A stretch of DNA of 36,358 nt from positions 1 to 36,358 of the forward strand of contig JBGGMJ010000081.1 of assembly GCA_041288095.1 (NCBI GenBank). Reading direction: 5' to 3'. Within the stretch, counting starts at the first letter, position 1; the number at the start of each line of letters is the position of its first letter. Positions 17,462-25,749 of the stretch are shown one piece after another. A program made the translations under genes and the position numbers. Source of the stretch: Myxococcota bacterium. Lineage in GTDB: Bacteria; Myxococcota; XYA12-FULL-58-9; JALHOP01. The notes under the pieces are model-generated. The model was not told where the DNA came from. It did not search any database and saw nothing but the letters and a program-made list of their open reading frames with translations.

Positions 17462-18772
17462 TTAGAGAACGACGATGTCGTCCGGATCGATGACCACGTC
17501 GTCGCCGACGAGATCGCGCGACGCCGCGATGCGTTTGTCGCTCAAGTTGTCCAGGAACTTATGGACCTCGGGAAAGTCGTTGAGCACCTTCTGGAAGTCC
17601 GCCGCCGGCAGCACGATGGCGCCGAGCGTGTCGGTGGCGATGACGTCGGCCGTAGCGGGACGGCGCTTGACCAGCGAGATCTCGCCGAAGACGTCACCGG
17701 GCCCGAGCGTCGCCAGCAAGACCGCTTTACCGGACGCGTCGCGTGCTTGCACTTGCGCTTTGCCCGTGGCGATGACGTACAGCCCTTCACCTTGCTGCCC
17801 GGCGGTGATGACCTGATCGCCCGGTTGGATGGTCGTGGTGCGGAAGCGCTGCAGGAGCGACATGCGCGTCGCCTCGTCGAAATGGCTGAAGACCGGCGAG
17901 GTGCGCAGCAGGTTCATGAGCAAGCGGCCGCGGCAGTAGGCGGCGAGCTCTTGCATGACCTTGGGTTGCGTCTGGGTGAGGGCGGCGACGTCGGCGCGGC
18001 TGAGCTCGAAGTACTCGACGGGCTCGGAGACCGTGACCGTGGCGCTGCGCGGAGCACGGGTGATGAGCGCCATCTCGCCGATGACAGCGCCCGACTGGAG
18101 CTGACCAACGACGGTCTGGCCCTTCGAGACCGCCACGTGGCCGCTGATGAGGATGATGAGGGAGTCGCCGATGGCGCCTTCCTCGAGGAGCTTCGTGCCC
18201 GGCGTCGCGCGCTTGTAGTGGAGCTGCTTGACCGTGGCGATGAAGGCCTCGGCGTCGAGCTCGCCGAAGAGCGGCAAAGGCACCGGCTTCGCGGCGGGAC
18301 CGGCGGGCGGAAACTCGCAGCCAATCTCGGTGACCTTGGCGACGCGCTCGTCGACCGCCATGCGGAGGAGCTCGGCGGCGTCCGCGCCGGCGGTGCTCTG
18401 GCGCTTCGGCGGCAGCGGCGGTGGGACCGCCAGGGTGCCCGCTTTGGCGTGGGCACCGCGGACGTGCAGCCGGTCGAGCAGGGTGGAGAGGCCCTTTTCG
18501 CCCGGCGACCGCGCCAGGCCCTGCTGGATGACCGCGATAGCGGGCAAGAGGTAGCCTTCGTGGACGAGCCGCTCGGCTTGCAGGCGCATGATCTTCAGCG
18601 CACCCGCTGGATTGCCGGCGTCACCCAAGGTCATGGCCAGGGCCATGCGCGCATTGCGGTCCGCCGGGGTCTGATTGACGAGCTCAGCGAGGTAGCAAAT
18701 CGCTTCCTTCGGCTTCTGATCGGTGATGCAGCGCTGCGCTTGAGCCCAGAGATCGGACGAGCTAGTGGCCAT
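17462..18772 (-). CDS. TPR-like N-terminus plus two cyclic-nucleotide-binding domains
   Basis: Two phosphate-binding cassettes, GAVIGEMALITRAPRSATV and GDVFGEISLVKRRPATADV, after a helical TPR-like N-terminus. Start set at ATG 18772 (MATSSSD); the upstream extension overlaps the Cys-rich gene. Confidence 0.88.
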   Translation of the reverse strand: MATSSSDLWAQAQRCITDQKPKEAICYLAELVNQTPADRNARMALAMTLGDAGNPAGALKIMRLQAERLVHEGYLLPAIAVIQQGLARSPGEKGLSTLLDRLHVRGAHAKAGTLAVPPPLPPKRQSTAGADAAELLRMAVDERVAKVTEIGCEFPPAGPAAKPVPLPLFGELDAEAFIATVKQLHYKRATPGTKLLEEGAIGDSLIILISGHVAVSKGQTVVGQLQSGAVIGEMALITRAPRSATVTVSEPVEYFELSRADVAALTQTQPKVMQELAAYCRGRLLMNLLRTSPVFSHFDEATRMSLLQRFRTTTIQPGDQVITAGQQGEGLYVIATGKAQVQARDASGKAVLLATLGPGDVFGEISLVKRRPATADVIATDTLGAIVLPAADFQKVLNDFPEVHKFLDNLSDKRIAASRDLVGDDVVIDPDDIVVL

Positions 18773-18824
18773 GGCCTCAAGGCTCCCCGGGATGCCCGGT
18801 GACGTCAAGTCCGAGTTGCCGCTG

Positions 18825-19472
18825 TCAGCCTGCCACGCAGGTACCGTAGCACTCGCGGCCCTCGAGACAGGTCTTGTCGCCGGGCGAGCATACGACCAGC
18901 GCGCAGCTCTCGCGCCGCAGACAGCGCTGCCCGCTCGCGCAGTCGTCATCGCCGCGGCAGGCCGGCGCGCAGCCCGAGTAACAGTCGGCGCCGGCCACGA
19001 GAGCGTGACCGTCCGCACAGACAGGAGGTGTGCAGGTCGTTCCGCAACCACCCGCGATCGGCTGCGGTGTGCCGTCGGGACAGATGCATACCGGCGGACG
19101 CGGACAACCGTGCTCGTCCCAGGCAATGTGCCAGCGGCCCTCGCACGTCGACGGCTGCGGCATCGGCGTCTTTTGCTGGCACTCGCCGCGGGCACGGCAG
19201 ACTCCGGTGCAGCCGCTATCGCAGACTCCGTTCTGGCAGGAGCGGAAGCAGGTGTCGTCGAGGGCGCACTCGTAGGTGCCCTGGCAATCCCCATCGCTGG
19301 TGCACTGGCGGATGGTCTCGCTGGCCATATCCGCGCTCGAGGGGCCGGCCGGAGGGGTTTCGGGAGTGCCGGTTTGCACCGGACCATCGAGCTCGCCGGG
19401 CACCGGCCTCATCTCGTACTGGCACGACGCGCACACCAATACCCACACCAGCACACTGGCGGCGGAACGCAT
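18825..19472 (-). CDS. Cysteine-rich lipoprotein
   Basis: Signal ending in CASC; more than 25 Cys in 215 aa with C..D.DC motifs; GGAG upstream of the ATG. Confidence 0.75.
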   Translation of the reverse strand: MRSAASVLVWVLVCASCQYEMRPVPGELDGPVQTGTPETPPAGPSSADMASETIRQCTSDGDCQGTYECALDDTCFRSCQNGVCDSGCTGVCRARGECQQKTPMPQPSTCEGRWHIAWDEHGCPRPPVCICPDGTPQPIAGGCGTTCTPPVCADGHALVAGADCYSGCAPACRGDDDCASGQRCLRRESCALVVCSPGDKTCLEGRECYGTCVAG

Positions 19473-19536
19473 GACTCACTCCCCCAGCAGCAAGGTAAGG
19501 AGAACCTGCTCTGCGACAAGGTGGGTGATGTGGGTG

Positions 19537-20295
19537 TCAGCCGAAGGCGTCGTACGCGGTCTTTACGATCAGCGCCGCGACCACCACGACGAAGACACGC
19601 CGGATGAGCTCGCTGCCGTAGCGCACGGCAAGGTGCGATCCGACCACCGATCCGGCGATGTTGGCGACGGCGATGAGCACGCTCAGCCGCCACCAGACGT
19701 GGCCGGCGAGCGCCAAGAGCAGAATCGCCGCGGCGTTGGTCGCGAGGTTGACGAGCTTTCCCGAGGCGTTGGCGTGGAGGAAGTCGTAGCCGAACCCGCG
19801 CACGAACAGGAGAATGAGAAACGACCCAGCGCCGGGACCGAAGAAGCCGTCGTACATGCCGATGATGGCGCCGCCGGCGATGCCGAGCAGGCGTTCGCCG
19901 TGCCCCGACGCCCGTGGCGCGTGTGTCAGCCCCAACGACTTGTTGGCGACCATGTACAGTAGCAAGGCGAGAAGCACGAAGGGCAGGGCGCGGCGCAGCG
20001 GCTCCGCGGGAAATTGCTTCAAGAGGTGGGCGCCCGCTATAGCGAACAAGAACGCGGACACCATGGTCGGCAACGTCGATGACCAGTACACCCGCACCTG
20101 CCGTACGTAACGATAGGCCGCGGCGCCGGTACCGAAAATGACGCCGGCCTTGTTGGTGCCGACCAACGTCGCCGGCGCGGTCGCGGGATAGAGGCTGAAG
20201 AGCGTCGGGATGGTCACGAGGCCGCCGCCGCCCGCGACCGCGTCGATGAGGCCGGCGAAGAACGAGGCCAGGGCAAGCACCGCCAGCGTCAACAT
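19537..20295 (-). CDS. TauE/SafE (TSUP, YfcA-like) membrane transporter
   Basis: AGLIDAVAGGGGL, GTNK, G.YDGFFGPGAGSF; about 8 hydrophobic segments. Confidence 0.93.
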   Translation of the reverse strand: MLTLAVLALASFFAGLIDAVAGGGGLVTIPTLFSLYPATAPATLVGTNKAGVIFGTGAAAYRYVRQVRVYWSSTLPTMVSAFLFAIAGAHLLKQFPAEPLRRALPFVLLALLLYMVANKSLGLTHAPRASGHGERLLGIAGGAIIGMYDGFFGPGAGSFLILLFVRGFGYDFLHANASGKLVNLATNAAAILLLALAGHVWWRLSVLIAVANIAGSVVGSHLAVRYGSELIRRVFVVVVAALIVKTAYDAFG

Positions 20296-20298
20296 CGG

Positions 20299-21747
20299 CT
20301 AAGTCCGCGGTCCCTCGACGTGTGGCAGCACGCCGTCCTCGAAGTGGACGAAGCTGTTGGCGTAGTAGCGCAAGATGGCCTCACTGCCGGCGACCACGGC
20401 GAGGATGCCCTCGTTGTCGGCCGCGACGAGTCTGCGAAAGCGGAAGCGCTCGAGCGCTCCGTCGACCATCCAGGCGGTGCCGCGCTCGAAGTCGACGATC
20501 TCGACGCCACGCTCGCGCAGGCCGACGGCGAGCGCATCGACACGGTCCTGTAGCGCGACTCGCGACATCGGCGGGCCGTCGACCAAGGCTTTCGCCACCA
20601 GACAGAGCGGCGTCACCGGCATGAGGGCCGCGATGCGCGCCATGAGCGTCTCGGTGAGCTCGGCGATGTGGCCACGGCGCGCCTCTTTCGGGAGGTTGAA
20701 GATGTCGACACCGCGGCCGGCGTGCCAGGCATCGAACGAGATCGGTTCGCCGAAGCGGACGGCGGCGATGCCGTGGCGGCGCAGCTGGCCTCGGCGGAGC
20801 TTGGCGACGTTGCCGAAGAAGATGTCGATCACCTGCCGCGCCATGTCGCGCTTGCGGCGCTTGGGGGCTGGTCCGCTCTCGTTGCCGAGCTCGTTGGTCA
20901 AGGCACGGTCCTCGAGGACGCGGTCGTAGTTGATGGCCACGGGCACGAACATCAGCTCGCGCTCGAAGGTTCGGTCCGCCTTCGAGCCGATGATGTTGTC
21001 GAGCAAGCCGATCTTCGGCGCCCGGAAGCGGCCGTCTCGGCTCAAGCCGCCCTCGGGGAAGAGCGCCTGGGTCACCGCGTTCTTGGTGATGAGCTGCACG
21101 TAGCGGCGCAAGACGGTGTGGTAGAGCGGATCGCGGAAGCCGCGACGCAAGAAGTACGAGCCGAAGCTCTTGAAGACGTATTCGAGCGGCCAGACGCGCG
21201 CCCATTCACCGACGGCGAACGACAACGCGATCCGGTCCGCCAAGACGTACGCGGCAATGACGTAGTCGGCGTTCGATCGGTGGTTCATGACGTAGACGAC
21301 GCTCGTCGGCTTCGAGCTCGTCTGTTGCTTGATGCGCGCCACGTCTTCGGGGCGGAAGTCGACGCGGTACAGCGCCGAGAGCAGCCAGCGCGCCAAGCGC
21401 TGCCCGACCGTGTAGTACGACAGCGGCGTGAAGAACGGGACGATCTCGTGCACGTAGCGGTGGACGTCGACGCGGAGCTTTTCGGCGTGCCGCGGGCTGT
21501 CGGCCAGTTGCTCGACCTGGGTCCAGATGGCGTGGTCGTAGTTCAAGAGGTCGCGTACCGCGCGTTTGCGGGCGAGCTTGAAACGGTCGATCTCGACCTT
21601 GAACCGGGCCAAGGTCCGCTCGAACCGCCGCTCGAGGGCGCGGACCTCACTTTCGTCCAGATGGCGGCGCACCGCGCGCACCAGTACGACCACCACGAGG
21701 AGCCCGAGGGCGGCATACAGCGCGTAAGGCCACGCGAGGTCGAGCAC
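20299..21747 (-). CDS. Glycerol-3-phosphate/DHAP acyltransferase family protein (PlsB/GNPAT-like)
   Basis: HX4D motif NHRSNADY, GSYFLRR, FPEGGLSRDG, VPVAINYDRVLE, FGEP; N-terminal TM helix. Confidence 0.85.
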   Translation of the reverse strand: MLDLAWPYALYAALGLLVVVVLVRAVRRHLDESEVRALERRFERTLARFKVEIDRFKLARKRAVRDLLNYDHAIWTQVEQLADSPRHAEKLRVDVHRYVHEIVPFFTPLSYYTVGQRLARWLLSALYRVDFRPEDVARIKQQTSSKPTSVVYVMNHRSNADYVIAAYVLADRIALSFAVGEWARVWPLEYVFKSFGSYFLRRGFRDPLYHTVLRRYVQLITKNAVTQALFPEGGLSRDGRFRAPKIGLLDNIIGSKADRTFERELMFVPVAINYDRVLEDRALTNELGNESGPAPKRRKRDMARQVIDIFFGNVAKLRRGQLRRHGIAAVRFGEPISFDAWHAGRGVDIFNLPKEARRGHIAELTETLMARIAALMPVTPLCLVAKALVDGPPMSRVALQDRVDALAVGLRERGVEIVDFERGTAWMVDGALERFRFRRLVAADNEGILAVVAGSEAILRYYANSFVHFEDGVLPHVEGPRT

Positions 21748-21903
21748 GGCGTGAGCATACCGCCGCCCTCGTGCAAGATTCCATCGCCAATGGAACAGGG
21801 TGCGGAAGTGACCTGACGACGTGACGTGACCAGCAACTTGGCCTGCGCAGGCCCGATATATCGGTTCCGCACGGCAACGGGCCGCGTGCGCTAGGGGCTA
21901 ACT

Positions 21904-22497
21904 ATGTCGTTTTCCTCCGCTTCGGTCGCCGCCGCAGAACGTTCCCGCTTGTCCGTCAACGTCGTGACGACGCCGCCAGAGGGTGCGAACCTCCCCGCCA
22001 CGGTCGAAGCCCCCGCGGCGCCGCGGGTGCCGATCAGCACCCGCGTCAAAGAGAAGTTCGACGCCTTCACCGCCACGCCGTTCGGCGAAGGCCTCAGTAT
22101 CTGGATGAACAAGGTCGGCTCCGTCGCGGGCTATGTCGTGCCTGCCGCGGTGGCCGCGGGCGCCGCTTACAGCATCGGCGGCGTGGACAGCGTTCGCGAT
22201 ACCGCGATCGTCGGCAGCATTGTCTGGGGCATCGGTGGAGTCGTCTCCACAGCGATTGCCAACGGGGGCTTGGACAACGTCAAGCAGTACCGGAAAGAGA
22301 ACCATCCGTATCCGCGCGTGGCGGCCTTCCGCGACGTCATGAGCTACTTCATCCTGCCGGCCGCCGCCGCGGGTTGGGTGGCCGCGGAGTACTTCACCGG
22401 TGCCCAAGCCGCCCTGTGGCTCGGACCTGCCGCCGGCGCCGTGACCGCGAGCGTCGGTATCCAGGTGCTGAGTGTGCGTAAGAAGCGCGTCCGCTGA
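21904..22497 (+). CDS. Hypothetical membrane protein (Gly/Ala-rich helices)
   Basis: Strong GC3 bias; fills the gap between the divergent acyltransferase and the convergent atl gene; about 4 hydrophobic segments; basic C-terminus RKKRVR. Confidence 0.75.
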   Translation: MSFSSASVAAAERSRLSVNVVTTPPEGANLPATVEAPAAPRVPISTRVKEKFDAFTATPFGEGLSIWMNKVGSVAGYVVPAAVAAGAAYSIGGVDSVRDTAIVGSIVWGIGGVVSTAIANGGLDNVKQYRKENHPYPRVAAFRDVMSYFILPAAAAGWVAAEYFTGAQAALWLGPAAGAVTASVGIQVLSVRKKRVR

Positions 22498-22502
22498 CCG
22501 CT

Positions 22503-22853
22503 CTAGCGGTCCCGGTTCCACTGGTAGATAGCGAGGTCGACGGCCTTCGCCGTCTTGAAGCGGACTCCTTCCGCGCGAAGCAGCGTGCGTTGGCGCGCGA
22601 AGGCTCGGCTGTCGCGGTCGAAGGCGATCTCGCCCTTGCTGTTGATCACACGTTGCCAGGGCAGGCCGCGTTTCAGCGACGACGACGAGAGTAGCCACGC
22701 AACGCGCCGCGCGGCTCGTGGGTTGCCAGCGATGGCGGCCACCTGACCGTAGGTCGCGACCTTGCCGCGCGGAATGGCGCGGATCGCCTCGATGATGGCG
22801 CGCGAAAACGTGCTGAGCTCGTCCTCACTGCTCACGGCGTTACCTCGAACCAT
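22503..22853 (-). CDS. atl: Alkyltransferase-like protein (ATL/YbaZ, MGMT family DNA-binding)
   Basis: IPRGKVATYGQVA, AARRV, PWQRV (Trp replaces the catalytic Cys of PCHRV), Q..LL..EGV. ATG overlaps the upstream stop (TGATG 22851-22855). Confidence 0.9.
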   Translation of the reverse strand: MVRGNAVSSEDELSTFSRAIIEAIRAIPRGKVATYGQVAAIAGNPRAARRVAWLLSSSSLKRGLPWQRVINSKGEIAFDRDSRAFARQRTLLRAEGVRFKTAKAVDLAIYQWNRDR

Positions 22854-24547
22854 CAGCGCTGGAAGATCGGAAAGGCTTGCTCGGTCATGTAGTCGAGATA
22901 AGCCGCCGACTCACGCGACGCGAGCAGAAGCCGAGCGCGCTGACTCGGGCTCAAGCCGGCGTCCCTGAGCGCGACTTGGCTCTGCAGCCAACGCAGGTAA
23001 GTGTCCTCGAGGTTGTAGGCGATGTTGCGGTGCAGCCGTTGCACGTCGGCCCAGCCGCGGTCGGTCGAGCTGCGCGAGCGCAGGACGTCCGAGAGGTCCC
23101 AGAGCACGAGCACGGTCCAGACGTCGCGGTTCGGGGCGGCGGCGGTCACGCGATAGTCGGAGACGAGCTCACCGACCGCGACGCGGTCCCGCAGCACGGT
23201 GAAGATTTCGCCGTCGCGATACGCCACCGAGGCGCGCACCAACGGGAGCAGGCCTTGCAACCGAGCATCGTCGCGCCGCGCCGCGATCTGCCCACCGTCG
23301 AGCTGATGTCGCCGCAACGCCGTGTCGATCACCAGCGCCAGCGGCGCCTCGCGCTCGAGCTCGGCCAAGAAGGTACCCGACGAAGGCCCGCGCTTCTCCT
23401 CGACGCGCTTCCAGATGGTGTTGCCGGCCCAAACCGTCGTGTCCGCGAACGTGGAGAGGTCGTCGACCAAGACTAGACCGATGGCGCTCTGAGTTCGCCT
23501 TCTGAACTCGTGCGCGAATGTCTTGCCTCGGTCGTGCGAGACGTAGATGTCGTCGGGTGTGACGACCATGACGTGCTCGTCGATGTCGCCTTGAGTCTGG
23601 AAATAGTAGATCTCGTTCAGCGCCATGGTCTCGCCCTGGTAGCGCTTCACGCGGCCGCTATCGCAGACGGTGACGCCGCCGATCCCAGTCGCGAAGATGG
23701 GGCCCAGGCGATTCCACACCCAGCTCACCTTGGGCTCGACCATGTCGACCTGGGCCTCGCACGTCGGCTCGAAGCCTCGTCCGTCCTCGCGCTCTCGGTA
23801 GATGCGCCCCTGCGCCAGCAGCATGATGCGGCCTTCGAAGAAGATGGCGAAGCTGATGCGGCTATTGCGTTCGAAGACGACGGTGTACGGGTGCCAGGTC
23901 TCTCCGAAAGTCTCGGACTCGAGCATGGTGCCGGCGGGAGTGGTCACCACGAGATGACCGGGGCGCGTCGTATCGCAGGACACCCAGACCGCGTTGCCGC
24001 CGCCGAGGTCACCGCCGACCGGTAGCAGGTCGAATCGCCAAGGCGCCTGGGCGGAACCGCGCCACAAGCCGTTCTTGGCCGTGATGAAGACGTAGTCGTA
24101 GCACTTGGCGACCTGGAAGACGTCTCCGGGATCGCGGACATCCTGCGCGACGATGGCGCCCAGCACCTGGGCTCCCGTCTCGCGCTGCCGCGTGCGTGCT
24201 TGACCCGCGAGGTCCAGGACCCGGCGGGTGCTGCCGCCGCGGTCGCGCACTGGAACGTCGCTGCGTGCGTCGCGTAGCAGGTCGAGGTTCAACGTCGGTA
24301 CGCGCAGGGTGCGCAGCCGCAGGTCGATGAAGTTGTCGAAGCTCCGCGGACCGAACACGAATTCCCAGGTCACGCCGTCGTCGGTTGTGCGGTACACCTC
24401 GCCGGCGTTGGTCCCGATCCACAGCTTGCCGGGGCCTTCGGGGTAGCCGGCGTAAGTGAGGTCGTCGGTCGCCGGTTGGCCGGTACGGATCTCTACCCAA
24501 GCGGAGGACGCGAGGGTGACCGTGATGGCGAGGAAGGCGCCGCTCAT
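22853..24547 (-). CDS. Secreted Asp-box (BNR) beta-propeller protein with C-terminal TolC/OEP-half-like domain; downstream of cobalamin riboswitch
   Basis: Hydrophobic N-terminus ending ASSA; Asp boxes TTDDGVTW, SETFGETW, SHDRGKTF; C-terminal helix-LLP-strand...strand-WDL-helix-helix pattern. Start ATG 24547 or TTG 24559. Confidence 0.75.
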   Translation of the reverse strand: MSGAFLAITVTLASSAWVEIRTGQPATDDLTYAGYPEGPGKLWIGTNAGEVYRTTDDGVTWEFVFGPRSFDNFIDLRLRTLRVPTLNLDLLRDARSDVPVRDRGGSTRRVLDLAGQARTRQRETGAQVLGAIVAQDVRDPGDVFQVAKCYDYVFITAKNGLWRGSAQAPWRFDLLPVGGDLGGGNAVWVSCDTTRPGHLVVTTPAGTMLESETFGETWHPYTVVFERNSRISFAIFFEGRIMLLAQGRIYREREDGRGFEPTCEAQVDMVEPKVSWVWNRLGPIFATGIGGVTVCDSGRVKRYQGETMALNEIYYFQTQGDIDEHVMVVTPDDIYVSHDRGKTFAHEFRRRTQSAIGLVLVDDLSTFADTTVWAGNTIWKRVEEKRGPSSGTFLAELEREAPLALVIDTALRRHQLDGGQIAARRDDARLQGLLPLVRASVAYRDGEIFTVLRDRVAVGELVSDYRVTAAAPNRDVWTVLVLWDLSDVLRSRSSTDRGWADVQRLHRNIAYNLEDTYLRWLQSQVALRDAGLSPSQRARLLLASRESAAYLDYMTEQAFPIFQR

Positions 24548-24625
24548 TGCGGACGCCAAGGGCGAGTCGACACGGGAGAGAACCTCTTTGCCGTCCCACG
24601 CGGCGAAGAATCGAGCACTTGAGAA

Positions 24626-24812
24626 GCCGTGGCAGGTCTTCGGACTCGCGAGCCCGCGGCCTCTCGGCCACGCCTACTGTCCGCCGCTTCCCGGGCTCTC
24701 CCAGTGCGTCATGGCGGAGGTCGTTCTCACTTACCGCTGCGGGGCAGTCCCGGAATCACACCGGGTTCCCTTTTGAGCTCCGTGACTCGGACGAGACACG
24801 GAGCACCACGCG
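24626..24812 (-). ncRNA. Cobalamin (AdoCbl) riboswitch
   Basis: Minus strand reads GGTGCTCCGTG...CACGGAGC (P2), AAAAGGGAA, CCCGGTGTGATTCCGGG (P4), ACTGCCCCGCAGCGGTAA (P5), GCACTGGG...CCGGGAAG, and B12 box GAGTCCGAAGACCTGCC. P1 is CGTGG/CCACG. Confidence 0.95.
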
Positions 24813-24873
24813 GGGGGGCATGTGCCATAGGTGCCGGGATTCGGCAATCCGATAGCCGATCACCGATGGCCGA

Positions 24874-25749
24874 CTACCGAGTGCCGCCCTCAGCCTTCGG
24901 AAACACAATCGTGCTCTTGATGCTGCGCTCCTTCACCCCATCCACGGTGACCGTCACGCCATCTTCGCAAATCGTCTGCGCCACCAGCTCGGCAATCTCC
25001 TCGGCCATTCCCGTCGTATCCACCTCGAGCACCGCGCGGTTTCGCGCGAAGCTCTGCTGCCTCACCTCACGCACCCGCGAGTCTCCCCGCAGCGTGTTGG
25101 CGATGGCCCGCAAATCTCGGGCGCGGCGCACGTTCTCGACGTGCAGCTCGAGTGTCTGGCCGACCGGCGCGTTGCCGACCCTGGCGCTGATGTCCGCTCG
25201 GATCATCTGCGTGTCGATGTCCGCTTCGAGGTCGAGCTTGTAATTGCCGTCGTCGGTCACGCCCTCGCGGATGATCTTGTAGCGCGTGACGTACTTGCGA
25301 AACTTGGCCATCAGGTCCGCTGGAATGGACGCGACTCCGTCGGCCTGCGACTTTTTCTCGACCGCGTTCTTCAACGCCGCCGTCAGGGCTTGCTCGCGAC
25401 CCTTGACGATATCGTTGCGCACGAGCTGCACGACGGCGGTGCCCGGCGTGCCGGTAAAGGAGGGCGCCGAGCCGCCGCCACCAGCGCCAGCCTCGACCTC
25501 ATCGATACTTTGGCCCGCGCCGGCCCCTTGGGAGGCTCCGGCTCCGGCGCTGCCGCCACCCGTGTAGCCACCGGCACTCTCGCCGCCAATGCGCTCGGGC
25601 TGGTTACCGAACTCGATGTCGTCGCCGACCTGATCGCTGCGATGGTCGTTCGGGCCCGGATCGACGAACGGCGGCGGCTCTTGCCGCTTCAAGCACGCGG
25701 TCGCGAGGACCGCTACAGCGGTCACAAGCAGCCAGGAGTCGCGGATCAT
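24874..25749 (-). CDS. Lipoprotein of unknown function (possible FlgT-N/LPP20-like domain)
   Basis: Lipobox ATAC; Gly/Ala linker; REQAL..AL..AVEK...YV..Y.I..E pattern; ATGA overlap with the SNF2 stop. The domain assignment is tentative. Confidence 0.7.
   Translation of the reverse strand: MIRDSWLLVTAVAVLATACLKRQEPPPFVDPGPNDHRSDQVGDDIEFGNQPERIGGESAGGYTGGGSAGAGASQGAGAGQSIDEVEAGAGGGGSAPSFTGTPGTAVVQLVRNDIVKGREQALTAALKNAVEKKSQADGVASIPADLMAKFRKYVTRYKIIREGVTDDGNYKLDLEADIDTQMIRADISARVGNAPVGQTLELHVENVRRARDLRAIANTLRGDSRVREVRQQSFARNRAVLEVDTTGMAEEIAELVAQTICEDGVTVTVDGVKERSIKSTIVFPKAEGGTR

Noticed and set aside
18773-19387. N-terminal 205 aa of the 641-aa cNMP ORF
   Set aside because: Out-of-frame shadow of the Cys-rich lipoprotein gene; the domain-bearing protein starts at ATG 18772.
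21790-21805. Sigma-54 promoter (TGGAAC...TGC)
   Set aside because: GG-to-GC spacing is 8 nt rather than the required 10.
24456-25243. Plus-strand ORFs 24456-24776, 24547-24855 and 24629-25243
   Set aside because: They are antisense translations of the riboswitch and flanking genes (e.g. LTYRCGAVPESHRVPF is the reverse of the conserved riboswitch core).
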